63,880 nt of DNA, filler included, from Vicugna vicugna (GCA_013265495.1; 77 parts of 74 records of this genome joined end to end with filler, not necessarily neighbours in it); one strand, 5' to 3'. Positions 1 through 12,125 are shown, counted from the first letter of the whole stretch. Notes: generated by a model from the letters alone, not told the origin. Made by a program: numbers and translations.

Positions 1-1155
1 TTTCTACAAAGCATGAAGTGGGAGCAGTGTTGGTGTGGAAAGATTGTCAAACCTGACGTTCCCAAATGGATTCTGCTATGGTACTGTTCGCGGTTCAGGA
101 AGGGTAAGTCAGCATCGCTGTCTTGGTTCCTTCAAGTGTCATTTGGTTTTCCACCTAAGTTGACTCTCCCTCTGCCACCGCCCCGCTTTGAGCCCAACTG
201 AGCTTTCCTACTAGCAGATAGGGATCTAGATGTCTTAGCGCAATGACTGTGGGCTTTTCCTTCTAAGGCTTGAGCGCTCAGTATATATGCAGCCCAGATG
301 GAGTTCTTGGAGAAGCAAGTGAAGGCTCCCGGGGCTGGCTTGAGATCCCTCAGAATCGTCCGTGGAATCGGAGTGATGGTTTTGTTACTGATTTATTTTT
401 TTCCGTGAAACCAGCTCCCTTTGTCTTTTGTGCTGAGGGTGACTTGTGGCCTTGGAGGCTCCCTTCGACATCCTTCATGGGAGTGTGTCTTTTGTGTTGA
501 ATGAAGAAAGCAAACCATTTGTGAACACTGCATTCAGATACTGTGCTTGATATGTTCTCTCATGTTACCTGAACAGCCACCTCTAGAGAGGAAAGGGCAG
601 AGACAGCTGTCTTTCAGACTCGAAGCTGTTGCAAGGTGGAGCCAGTATTTATCAACATCCAAATACTCAGACCTGAGATTGGAGCCTGAGATCCTCTTTT
701 GGTTGCTGGAGCCCTTTTGATTGCTCCCTGTTTTCCTTANNNNNNNNNNNNNNNNNNNNNNNNNNNNNNNNNNNNNNNNNNNNNNNNNNNNNNNNNNNNN
801 NNNNNNNNNNNNNNNNNNNNNNNNNNNNNNNNNNNNNNNNNNNNNNNNNNNNNNNNNNNNNNNNNNNNNNNNNNNNNNNNNNNNNNNNNNNNNNNNNNNN
901 NNNNNNAAAAAAAAAAAAAGGCTTGAATATGTCCATTCACTTCAGGAACAGAGTGCTGTGAACGAATGAATGGACTTGAGAACCATTCTAAGTGAAAGAA
1001 GTTAAACGTTGATGACACTTTTAAGTGGCTGTCGTCAATATGCAAACATACAGAANNNNNNNNNNNNNNNNNNNNNNNNNNNNNNNNNNNNNNNNNNNNT
1101 TAATTAATTAANNNNNNNNNNNNNNNNNNNNNNNNNNNNNNNNNNNNNNNNNNNN

Positions 1156-1975
1156 ATTCTAAATTCTGGTTTCTGCATTCCATGTTCTAAATTATGGGTT
1201 ATGTATTCTGATTTCCAAATTGTATATTCTGTGTTCTACATTCTATAATCTGTATTGTATATTCTGCATGCCGTATTGTATATTCTGTGTCCTACATTCT
1301 ATATTCTATATTCTATATTCAGTATTCTGTATTCTATATTCTAAATTCTGTGTTCTGCATTCCATGTTCTNNNNNNNNNNNNNNNNNNNNNNNNNNNNNN
1401 NNNNNNNNNNNNNNNNNNNNNNNNNNNNNNNNNNNNNNNNNNNNNNNNNNNNNNNNNNNNNNNNNNNNNNNNNNNNNNNNNNNNNNNNNNNNNNNNNNNN
1501 NNNNNNNNNNNNNNNNNNNNNNNNNNNNNNNNNNNNNNNNNNNNNNNNNNNNNNNNNNNNNNNNNNNNNNNNNNNNNNNNNNNNNNNNNNNNNNNNNNNN
1601 NNNNNNNNNNNNNNNNNNNNNNNNNNNNNNNNNNNNNNNNNNNNNNNNNNNNNNNNNNNNNNNNNNNNNNNNNNNNNNNNNNNNNNNNNNNNNNNNNNNN
1701 NNNNNNNNNNNNNNNNNNNNNNNNNNNNNNNNNNNNNNNNNNNNNNNNNNNNNNNNNNNNNNNNNNNNNNNNNNNNNNNNNNNNNNNNNNNNNNNNNNNN
1801 NNNNNNNNNNNNNNNNNNNTTCTATATTCAGTATTCTGTATACTATATTCTAAATTCTGTGTTGTGCATTCCTTGTTTTCAATTCTAGGTTTTGTATTCT
1901 GTTTTCCATATTCTATATTCTGTCTTCTTAATTCTATTTTCTGTATTCTATATTCTGCATTCCGTATTCTATATT
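1156..1975 (-). repeat. 7-bp satellite (TATTCTA/TATTCTG strand)
   Basis: Continuous heptamer phase TATTCTA/TATTCTG/CATTCTA/TGTTCTA; internal gap 1371-1819. Confidence 0.95.
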
Positions 1976-2075
1976 NNNNNNNNNNNNNNNNNNNNNNNNN
2001 NNNNNNNNNNNNNNNNNNNTTAATTAATTAANNNNNNNNNNNNNNNNNNNNNNNNNNNNNNNNNNNNNNNNNNNN

Positions 2076-2819
2076 AGCTTGAAGGGAACACAAATTTTAT
2101 TTTCAGTTGCCAACTCCACTTCATACATACATATGGGGAGGTCCAAACTCCAACTCGGTTTTACAGTGAAAACGGCAGGCACTTCAACCCGGCACTAGGA
2201 AACAGACTGAGAAACCAGAGTAAGTGTTTCTCCNNNNNNNNNNNNNNNNNNNNNNNNNNNNNNNNNNNNNNNNNNNNNNNNNNNNNNNNNNNNNNNNNNN
2301 NNNNNNNNNNNNNNNNNNNNNNNNNNNNNNNNNNNNNNNNNNNNNNNNNNNNNNNNNNNNNNNNNNNNNNNNNNNNNNNNNNNNNNNNNNNNNNNNNNNN
2401 NNNNNNNNNNNNNNNNNNNNNNNNNNNNNNNNNNNNNNNNNNNNNNNNNNNNNNNNNNNNNNNNNNNNNNNNNNNNNNNNNNNNNNNNNNNNNNNNNNNN
2501 NNNNNNNNNNNNNNNNNNNNNNNNNNNNNNNNNNNNNNNNNNNNNNNNNNNNNNNNTGTGTGAAAGCCGTCCTTCACCTAGCTTGAAGGGAACACAAAGT
2601 TTCTTTTCATATGCAAACTCAACTCCATACATATATATTGGGAGGTACAAGCTCCAACTCGGATTTACAGGGAAAACGGCAGGCACTTCAAACCGGCACT
2701 AGGAAACAGACTGAGAAACCAGAGAAATTCTTTCTCCAGCAAACCGTTCCCTTTGTGCTGGATGAGCGATCTCCTATCCACACGCTCAGTTCTCAGAAAT
2801 AAATGTGTGTGTAAGCCGT
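2076..2819 (-). repeat. SatC, 249-bp monomer satellite
   Basis: AAGCCGT ends at 2570 and 2819 (period 249); same unit as 36169-36683 and 50393-50967 in reverse orientation. Confidence 0.92.
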
Positions 2820-3144
2820 NNNNNNNNNNNNNNNNNNNNNNNNNNNNNNNNNNNNNNNNNNNNTTAATTAATTAANNNNNNNNNNNNNNNNNNNNNNNNN
2901 NNNNNNNNNNNNNNNNNNNTTAGTTAGCCTTTTAAACCCATGATACATTATTAAAGATTAGTGCCGGGGCACAAAAAAAAGGATTCATATAATCTCACCA
3001 GACATACTGAATGTAGAAAGGATAAGGAAGAAAAACAAAAAGGCACTTATAATTGCCTTGAACCATAAATTGCTCATAAGAGAAAATGTTACACAAGGTG
3101 AATGTCACAGCCACATACATACTGACTGAGTGGGATGGGACAAG

Positions 3145-3553
3145 GGGATCCTGAGATGAGACAATAGGGTGAGTAGCCCGGATTGTCAAGGTGGGCTGAA
3201 TGTAATCACAGGGGTCCTTAAAATGGAGGATATTTCCCAGCTGAGTTTAAAATCAGAGGGAGGTGTAGCGATGGAGCAATGTTGAGAAAGGCTGCTGACC
3301 ATGAAAATGGAGGAAGTTGAGGGGCACAAGAAAGCTATGGAAGGTGAGTGACCTCTGTAAACTGGGGGGAAAAAAAAGGAAACATTCTCTTCTAGACCCT
3401 CTAGAAGGAAGGAACCCTGCTAGTACCTTGAATTTAGCCCAATGAGAACTGTGTTGGATCTCTGACCTACACAGCCATAAGCTGAAAATTCTGTGCTAGT
3501 TTAAGCTATTAAGCTTATGGGAATTTGTTACAGTGGTAATAGGAAAATAACAT
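3145..3553 (+). mobile_element. ERVL-MaLR LTR fragment (MLT1D-like)
   Basis: Collinear with the remembered MLT1 consensus: GGTGGGCTGAATGTAATCACAGGGGTCCTTA ... TAGAAGGAA ... CCTTGAATTTAGCCCAATGAGA ... AATTTGTTACAGTGGTAATAGGAAAATAACATA. Confidence 0.85.
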
Positions 3554-3950
3554 AGTGAGCGGTAGTGTAAGGGATTAAAGGTGTAGGATGGGGTGTGGAG
3601 AGAATTCTGACATTTACACCTAAAAAACAACCAGGTGAAGTGGGAAGGTGATTTAAGGAAGACCTACCTGGCAGGGCTGTCAAGCAGACTGGAGCGAGCA
3701 AAGCCTTGGAGTTAGAGGAATCAATTAAACCTCTACAAGGAAAATAAGAAATAAAATGTAACAGAGCTTCAGTGTTAGTAGATGTAGGAATGGAAATGGG
3801 CAGACAGATATAAACATTATTTTGAAATTAGCTACAGGTTTGATGACTGCNNNNNNNNNNNNNNNNNNNNNNNNNNNNNNNNNNNNNNNNNNNNTTAATT
3901 AATTAANNNNNNNNNNNNNNNNNNNNNNNNNNNNNNNNNNNNNNNNNNNN

Positions 3951-4150
3951 AAAATGAGATCTCATTTTACACACACTAGGATGGTTATAACCAAATCACA
4001 GACAGTAACAAGTGTCGGTCAGGAGGCAGAGAAATGGGAACCCTCAATACACAGCCGTTGGAAAGCGGCAATGGTGCAGCTTCTTTGGAAAAGCCTGGTG
4101 TTTCCTCAAAAGATTAGAGTCTTATGGCTCAGCAATTCCACTCCTACATA
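3951..4150 (+). mobile_element. Old L1 3' region fragment (L1M-type)
   Basis: AATGAGATCTCATTTTACACACACTAGGATGG ... GAGAAATGGGAACCCTCA ... GCTCAGCAATTCCACTCCTA, typical of the L1 ORF2 end. Confidence 0.8.
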
Positions 4151-4152
4151 TA

Positions 4153-4215
4153 GAGTCATCCCTCAGTATCCTCGGGGGGTTGCTTTCAGGAACACCCCAC
4201 CCTGGATACCATAAT
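4153..4215 (+). mobile_element. MER2/Tigger-type DNA transposon terminus inserted in L1
   Basis: TA (4151-4152) followed by GAGTCATCCCTCAGTATCC...GGGGG...TTCAGGA...GGATACCA, resembling the MER2 end; truncated by an N gap. Confidence 0.65.
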
Positions 4216-4454
4216 NNNNNNNNNNNNNNNNNNNNNNNNNNNNNNNNNNNNNNNNNNNNNNNNNNNNNNNNNNNNNNNNNNNNNNNNNNNNNNNNNNNNN
4301 NNNNNNNNNNNNNNNNNNNNNNNNNNNNNNNNNNNNNNNNNNNNNNNNNNNNNNNNGTCATTCTGACAAAAGTTACTAACAATATCCATCCATCAATGAA
4401 CGGATAAACAAAATTACCAAGAATAGTCCGACAAACTTTTTGTCATTGAATCTT

Positions 4455-5063
4455 TCCCAAAGGAGGTGAGAACATACAATGGAGTAAAGGCAGCCTCTTC
4501 AGCAAATGGTGTAGGGAAAACTGAACAGCTGCATGTAAATTAATGAAGTTAGACTACTCCCTCACAGCATACACAAATATGAATTGAAAATGGATAAAGA
4601 CTTAAACATGTAGACAAGAGACTATAAAACTTTTAGAAGAAAACATAGGCAAACATGTGACATATATCTCAGCAATGTTTTCCTAGAGCAGTCTACTCAA
4701 GCAATAGAAATACAAGCAAAAATATACAAGTGGGATCTAATTAAACATACAAGCTTTTGCACAGCTAAGGAAACAGTAAGCAAAACTAAAAGACAACCTA
4801 TGGAATGGGAGAAAATAGTTGCAATAAATGAAACTGACAAGGGCTTAATTTCCAGAATATGTAAATAGCTTTTATACTTAATAAGAAAGAAAAACAAACA
4901 ATTCAATTCAAAAATGGGCAGAAGTCCTAAAGAAACATTTCTCCAATGAGACATACATATAGCCAATAGGTACATGAAAAAATGTTCAATATCATTATCA
5001 GCGAAATGCAAAACAAAAGTTCAATCAAGTACCAACTCTCACCAGTCAGAATAGCCATCATTC
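4455..5063 (+). mobile_element. LINE-1 ORF2 C-terminal region, decayed
   Basis: CTCTTCAGCAAATGGTGTAGGGAAAACTG ... AAGCTTTTGCACAGCTAAGGAAAC ... AAAAATGGGCAGAAG; stops and frameshifts present. Confidence 0.93.
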
Positions 5064-5163
5064 NNNNNNNNNNNNNNNNNNNNNNNNNNNNNNNNNNNNN
5101 NNNNNNNTTAATTAATTAANNNNNNNNNNNNNNNNNNNNNNNNNNNNNNNNNNNNNNNNNNNN

Positions 5164-5590
5164 CCCAGAATATCCGGCAGGCCACAAGACACACCTGGAC
5201 CTGTGCTGACTGAGCAAAAATTCCGGAGGAGAGGCAGTTACAAAAGGGAGAAACATAAAAACAGACGACAGCAAACTGTGATCAGCTCTGAGAAAGGAAG
5301 GAACAGGCGTCGCCGTGCAGAGCAGGGAGCTTTCCGTTGGGGCTGCTCTGGGGGCGTTCATCTCAGCTAAACAAGCTCTGCTGCTGCACCAAGGCAGGAA
5401 GGCAGGGCGCGTGTGTCCAGGTAGACAGGGCCTCAATGATCGTACTAATTCCCCATTAAGCGGCCGCTATCACGGGCACTTACCTAGTAAACAGATGTCG
5501 GCCATCAGCATCACGCACTTTGCTTGGTAGTTTTATTGGCCCCACCTTTGAGATGAGGTCATTGAAGCTGCGGAGTTTGCTGCATGCCCT
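5164..5590 (+). repeat. Non-TE duplicated segment, paralog of 48306-48737
   Basis: Collinear over ~430 bp, roughly 85% identical by eye, starting CCCAGAATATCCGGCAGGCC in both. Confidence 0.9.
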
Positions 5591-7505
5591 TTTATACCAT
5601 GGATATACCCCCACTGGTCTTTCAACCTAGACTGATGTGGCTGTCATGCCCCAGCCTTGTGAATGGCATCGTGTAGCTTCTCTCAAGTGGCCCAAATTAC
5701 TGACATTGATATGCTTAATTCGTAGGAAATAGTCGGTGACAATAAGAGAAAAATATAGTAAGAAATTGTATGGAAAACTAGAAAAAAACCTATTCTTCCC
5801 CAGCTGGGGGAGTGTACCCTGTATCACTCACCCCACTCACTGCCTGTCACCTCCTCCCTGCCGACTCCGTGTCCAGAAGCCACTCTGAGCCTTTGAGGAA
5901 CATTTTGCCTCATGATACTTTTGACTAGGACCTGCGACTTCTCTGTCCCTGGTTAACTCTCTCTTCAAAACCATTTAATTTTTTGCAGGCTCTTCCGCTC
6001 AGATGTATGAATAACCTCTTTAAACTTCTTGATGCAGCTCCTTAATGAAGATCTTGCGTAGGAAACCTAGTCAAAAAAGGGAGGTATGCACACAGTGACT
6101 GCCTCAGCACTTTGTGAAGTCCAGAATCAGGGGGGTGGGNNNNNNNNNNNNNNNNNNNNNNNNNNNNNNNNNNNNNNNNNNNNTTAATTAATTAANNNNN
6201 NNNNNNNNNNNNNNNNNNNNNNNNNNNNNNNNNNNNNNNAGATGCCTAAAAATGCAAACAAACACGCCCACACCCTCACCGACATCCATACCTACACCAA
6301 TGGACACAACTTCACCAAACCCAACCCAACCCCCGCCACCCGGCCCTCCCCAAATCCTCACCCGACCTCACCCGACCTCACTCTGCAGCACTCTACCCTT
6401 CTCCACTCCAATCCACTCCACTTCATCCATGCCAACTCTGCATTTGTTTTTTGGGTAATGAGGAAGGCAGCATGTGTCTTCACTGTTGAAGACAGTGACA
6501 CAGTTTTCAAAGATGCGGATCAGGTACCTAAGTGTGTCCAGACCTGGAAGTGGCAGGACCTTGCACTAATAAGAGCTCCCTGGCAAGGTCTTAATTCCAG
6601 GCAGCATGGAGTTTTCATAAGGTCGCCTGCGTTCAGTGAATTTTGGACAAGAGCTCTCACTTCTGCATGGTGTGTTAGAAAGGGTGCTGTCGATGGGGCT
6701 AGAAGGGAGAACAGAGGAACATTCCTCAGACAATGAGCATGGCCAAAAAGGAGACACAAATACCCAAAGGGAGTAAGTGAGGGAACCAAGAGAGAGAAAT
6801 GGACACAGGGACAGAGACATGGACTAGAGAATGGAAAAGAGAAACAGGCATAAACAGGTAGATGGACAGAATTGGAGACTGAGACAAACAGGCCAACAGG
6901 GACCGTGGCAGGTTTGACAGGATTGGAAAATGTGAAGAGAGACACAGATCTAAACAGAGGGAGAAAGAAATGGAGAGAGAGAGAGAGANNNNNNNNNNNN
7001 NNNNNNNNNNNNNNNNNNNNNNNNNNNNNNNNNNNNNNNNNNNNNNNNNNNNNNNNNNNNNNNNNNNNNNNNNNNNNNNNNNNNNNNNNNNNNNNNNNNN
7101 NNNNNNNNNNNNNNNNNNNNNNNNNNNNNNNNNNNNNNNNNNNNNNNNNNNNNNNNNNNNNNNNNNNNNNNNNNNNNNNNNNNNNNNNNNNNNNNNNNNN
7201 NNNNNNNNNNNNNNNNNNNNNNNNNNNNNNNNNNNNNNNNNNNNNNNNNNNNNNNNNNNNNNNNNNNNNNNNNNNNNNNNNNNNNNNNNNNNNNNNNNNN
7301 NNNNNTTTGTCCATTCCTTGGCTTGTCTGTTTGTTCTGTTTTGAATCACTGTGATAGCTTTTGAAACCTGTACCCAAGCATTTGAGTGACAAGGGTTTTT
7401 CTCCTNNNNNNNNNNNNNNNNNNNNNNNNNNNNNNNNNNNNNNNNNNNNTTAATTAATTAANNNNNNNNNNNNNNNNNNNNNNNNNNNNNNNNNNNNNNN
7501 NNNNN

Positions 7506-8311
7506 CATGCTACATGCATGACGGATTTGGCAATCATGCCGTTCTTACTTATGAGCATTTGAATTACAGACCTTTCACCATCCGAACAAGGCGTATATAT
7601 ACTTAGAATTATTTACTCTGACTTCAAAGATTTTTCTATTACCAGGTTCTAAATTCGGACATGTGGCACCAGAAAACACTCTTTGAGCGAATTCTCACAA
7701 ATACACATGTAAATTACATTGTTTACATAACCATGGCATTCCGTATTACGAACATGTTTCATGCATCACGGATTCCTCAAACATGCNNNNNNNNNNNNNN
7801 NNNNNNNNNNNNNNNNNNNNNNNNNNNNNNNNNNNNNNNNNNNNNNNNNNNNNNNNNNNNNNNNNNNNNNNNNNNNNNNNNNNNNNNNNNNNNNNNNNNN
7901 NNNNNNNNNNNNNNNNNNNNNNNNNNNNNNNNNNNNNNNNNNNNNNNNNNNNNNNNNNNNNNNNNNNNNNNNNNNNNNNNNNNNNNNNNNNNNNNNNNNN
8001 NNNNNNNNNNNNNNNNNNNNNNNNNNNNNNNNNNNNNNNNNNNNNNNNNNNNTTGAGAGCTTGTGGATTACTAATCTTTCATCCTCTATAAAGGGAATAT
8101 TTTCATCTAGACACGTGTACACATTTTCACAAGCTTTCCCTATCACCATGTTCGAATTCGTGCATTTTTCACAGAAAAATAGTTCTGGAGCGAATTCCAC
8201 CTAACAGATATGTAATTTACATGAATTCCAACAACATGGCATTCCATGTTCCGTACATGCTAAATATTTGACGGATTTGGCAATCATGAGTTTCTGACTT
8301 GTGAGCATGTG
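7506..8311 (+). repeat. SatB (247-bp monomers, trimeric HOR)
   Basis: CATGCTACATGCATGACGGATTTGGCAATC and GAGCGAATTC motifs shared with the other SatB scaffolds. Confidence 0.95.
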
Positions 8312-8411
8312 NNNNNNNNNNNNNNNNNNNNNNNNNNNNNNNNNNNNNNNNNNNNTTAATTAATTAANNNNNNNNNNNNNNNNNNNNNNNNNNNNNNNNN
8401 NNNNNNNNNNN

Positions 8412-8919
8412 TAGAATAAGAATATAGAACCCAGAATTTATAAATGGAATGCAGAACAGAGAATTTATAATATAGAATAAAGAGCAATGAAAAAAGATTT
8501 CAAAGTATTTAATGTAGAACAAAGCATATAGAATATAGAATAGGGAATGCAGAATACAATATGTAGAATATAGAATGAAGAACACAAATATAGAATATAG
8601 AATAGTGAATATAGGACACAGAAAATAGGACACAGAAATAAGAACACGGAATGCAGAACACAGTATTTAGAATATAGATTACAGAATACTGAATATAAAA
8701 TTTAGAATATAGAATGTAGAACACAGTGTATATTATATAGAATACGGAAAAATGAATATAGAATTTATAATATAGAATGTAGAACACAGAATATAGAATA
8801 TAGAATATGGAATGCAGAAAATAGAATACAGAATATAGAATGTAGGACACAGAATATAGAAAAAAGAATAGAGAATATGGAAACCAAAGTTTAGAACATG
8901 GAATGCAGAACACAGAATT
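8412..8919 (+). repeat. 7-bp satellite (AGAATAT strand)
   Basis: AGAATAT/AGAATAC/AGAATGT/AGAACAC heptamer phase. Confidence 0.95.
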
Positions 8920-9019
8920 NNNNNNNNNNNNNNNNNNNNNNNNNNNNNNNNNNNNNNNNNNNNTTAATTAATTAANNNNNNNNNNNNNNNNNNNNNNNNN
9001 NNNNNNNNNNNNNNNNNNN

Positions 9020-9247
9020 ATCCCAGTGTCAGAGGCTGCCTCCCGAAGCCAGGGAAGGTATTTTTCGGACTAACCCGAATAGGGAACACATGTGACTGAA
9101 GAGAGCTGCGTGGAGTTGTCTCTCGAGCTCCCCCACGCACTGAAAATGGTTCCAGAATCCTGAGCGTGGGAAGGTTCCACCAACAGTCGGCAGCGCGTGG
9201 GTTCTAACGGAATGCTTAAGCTCGTCTCCCCTGAGGGTTTTCCGAAT
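9020..9247 (-). repeat. SatA 267-bp satellite, partial monomer
   Basis: Reverse complement of the SatA unit (GTGACTGAAGAGAGCTGCGTGGAGTTGTCTCTCGAGCTCCCCCACGCACTGA). Confidence 0.95.
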
Positions 9248-9347
9248 NNNNNNNNNNNNNNNNNNNNNNNNNNNNNNNNNNNNNNNNNNNNTTAATTAAT
9301 TAANNNNNNNNNNNNNNNNNNNNNNNNNNNNNNNNNNNNNNNNNNNN

Positions 9348-9442
9348 GGGTGGTTTGCAGGATATCCCATTGACAGAGGCAGACTCCCCTTGGTAATGGA
9401 ATTTATTTCTCAGACTTCCCCGAACAGGGAACACCTGTGACT
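9348..9442 (-). repeat. SatA fragment
   Basis: GCAGGATATCCCA ... GACTTCCCCGAACAGGGAACACCTGTGACT. Confidence 0.9.
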
Positions 9443-9542
9443 NNNNNNNNNNNNNNNNNNNNNNNNNNNNNNNNNNNNNNNNNNNNTTAATTAATTAANN
9501 NNNNNNNNNNNNNNNNNNNNNNNNNNNNNNNNNNNNNNNNNN

Positions 9543-10311
9543 ATTAGGAAAACCTTCAGGGGAGACTTACTTAGGCATTCCGTTAGAACGCACGCGCTGC
9601 TGACATTTGGGGGAACCTCCCCACGCTCAGGATTCCGGAACCATTGTCAGTGCGTGGGGGAGCTCGAGAGACAACTCCACGCAGCTCTCTTCAGTCACAG
9701 GTGTTCCCTGTTCGGGGAAGTCNNNNNNNNNNNNNNNNNNNNNNNNNNNNNNNNNNNNNNNNNNNNNNNNNNNNNNNNNNNNNNNNNNNNNNNNNNNNNN
9801 NNNNNNNNNNNNNNNNNNNNNNNNNNNNNNNNNNNNNNNNNNNNNNNNNNNNNNNNNNNNNNNNNNNNNNNNNNNNNNNNNNNNNNNNNNNNNNNNNNNN
9901 NNNNNNNNNNNNNNNNNNNNNNNNNNNNNNNNNNNNNNNNNNNNNNNNNNNNNNNNNNNNNNNNNNNNNNNNNNNNNNNNNNNNNNNNNNNNNNNNNNNN
10001 NNNNNNNNNNNCTCTGCCACTGCGATATCCTGCAAACCCCCCTAGCAATCCTTGGCACAGAGACATTAGGAAAACCCTCAGAGGAGACGATCTTATGCAT
10101 TCCGTTTGATCCCACGCGCTACCGAACGTTGGTGAAACCTCCCCACGCTCAGGATTCCGGAACCATTGTCAGTGAGTGGGGGAACTCGAGAGACAACTCC
10201 GCGCAGCTCTCTTCAGTCACAGGTGTTCCCTGTTCGGGGAAATACGAGAGAAAACTTCCCTGACCATGGGGAGGCAGATTCTGTCACTGGGATATCCTGC
10301 AAAATCCCCTA
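9543..10311 (+). repeat. SatA 267-bp satellite
   Basis: Two copies of CCCCACGCTCAGGATTCCGGAACCATTGTCAGTG ... CACAGGTGTTCCCTGTTCGGGGAA, one either side of a gap. Confidence 0.95.
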
Positions 10312-10411
10312 NNNNNNNNNNNNNNNNNNNNNNNNNNNNNNNNNNNNNNNNNNNNTTAATTAATTAANNNNNNNNNNNNNNNNNNNNNNNNNNNNNNNNN
10401 NNNNNNNNNNN

Positions 10412-11231
10412 ATAAAAGGAATATTTACATCTAGACACGTGTACTCTTTTTCACAAACTTTCCCTAACACCAGTTTCGTATTCGTGCATTTTTCATAGAA
10501 AAATACTTCTGGAGCAATTTCCACCTAAGAGATATGCAATTTAAATGAATTCCATCAACTTGGCATTCCGGGTTCCGTACATGCTACATGCATGATGGAT
10601 TCGACAAACATGAGTTTCTGAGTTGTGAGTATGTTCATTAGNNNNNNNNNNNNNNNNNNNNNNNNNNNNNNNNNNNNNNNNNNNNNNNNNNNNNNNNNNN
10701 NNNNNNNNNNNNNNNNNNNNNNNNNNNNNNNNNNNNNNNNNNNNNNNNNNNNNNNNNNNNNNNNNNNNNNNNNNNNNNNNNNNNNNNNNNNNNNNNNNNN
10801 NNNNNNNNNNNNNNNNNNNNNNNNNNNNNNNNNNNNNNNNNNNNNNNNNNNNNNNNNNNNNNNNNNNNNNNNNNNNNNNNNNNNNNNNNNNNNNNNNNNN
10901 NNNNNNNNNNNNNNNNNNNNNNNNNNNNNNNNNNNNNNNNNNNNNNNNNNNNNNNNNNNNNNNNNNNNCACACTTTGATCCCAGAAAAACCCTCTTGGAG
11001 CGAATTCTACCAGAGATATGTAATTGAATTAGATTCCATCTGCATGATATTCCGTGTTCTGTACATGCTATATGTATGACGGATTGTACAAACATGCATT
11101 TGATTTGAGAGCATGTTGATTACTGTTCTTTCATCCTCTATAAAAGGAACATTTACATATGGACTCGTATACACATTTTCACAAGATTTCCCTAACACCA
11201 GTTTCTATCGTGCACTTTTCACAAAAAATTC
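10412..11231 (+). repeat. SatB
   Basis: ATAAAAGGAA(T/C)ATTTACAT recurs about 730 bp apart across an estimated gap; SatB subunit motifs. Confidence 0.95.
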
Positions 11232-11331
11232 NNNNNNNNNNNNNNNNNNNNNNNNNNNNNNNNNNNNNNNNNNNNTTAATTAATTAANNNNNNNNNNNNN
11301 NNNNNNNNNNNNNNNNNNNNNNNNNNNNNNN

Positions 11332-12025
11332 AAGAATTTGAATTGATGTTTCTCCAAAGAAGACATACGAAAGGGAAATAAGCACATAAAAAGATGTTCA
11401 TCATCAGTAGGCATTAGGGAAACAGAAATCAAAAGCACAATGGCATGCCAATTCATACCAACTAGGATGACAAATATATATGATATATGATATATAAATA
11501 TGTATCTATAAACCCGATAATGAAAAGTGTTGAGGTTGTGGAGAAACTGGACTCCTCATACATTACTACTGGAAATATAAATGGTGCAGTCACTTTAAAA
11601 AAGTAGAATACACCAATTCCATTTTTTGATATATCCTGAAGAATACTGAAAATATGTGCTCACACAAAAACTTGTCCATGAGCATTTACAGCAGAATTAT
11701 TCATCATCAACTGATGGATGGATTGGATNNNNNNNNNNNNNNNNNNNNNNNNNNNNNNNNNNNNNNNNNNNNNNNNNNNNNNNNNNNNNNNNNNNNNNNN
11801 NNNNNNNNNNNNNNNNNNNNNNNNNNNNNNNNNNNNNNNNNNNNNNNNNNNNNNNNNNNNNNNNNNNNNNNNNNNNNNNNNNNNNNNNNNNNNNNNNNNT
11901 ACTAAAGGGGTTCCTTTTGGGGTTGATGGCTACAAAGCACTGAAATGTACTTAAAACCCTAATGCACACTTTCGAAGGCTGCATTTTATGGTATGTGAAT
12001 TATATCTCCATAAAGTTGTGTTGTT
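11332..12025 (+). mobile_element. Old L1 3' end (L1M-type)
   Basis: TTCTCCAAAGAAGACATAC ... AAGCACATAAAAAGATGTTCA ... ATTTTATGGTATGTGAATTATATCTCCATAAAGTTG. Confidence 0.85.
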
Positions 12026-12125
12026 NNNNNNNNNNNNNNNNNNNNNNNNNNNNNNNNNNNNNNNNNNNNTTAATTAATTAANNNNNNNNNNNNNNNNNNN
12101 NNNNNNNNNNNNNNNNNNNNNNNNN

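Noticed and set aside
13..201. CGKIVKPDV resembling the sirtuin C..KPD motif
   Set aside because: The required downstream V.FGE is absent, and the match is too short to mean anything.
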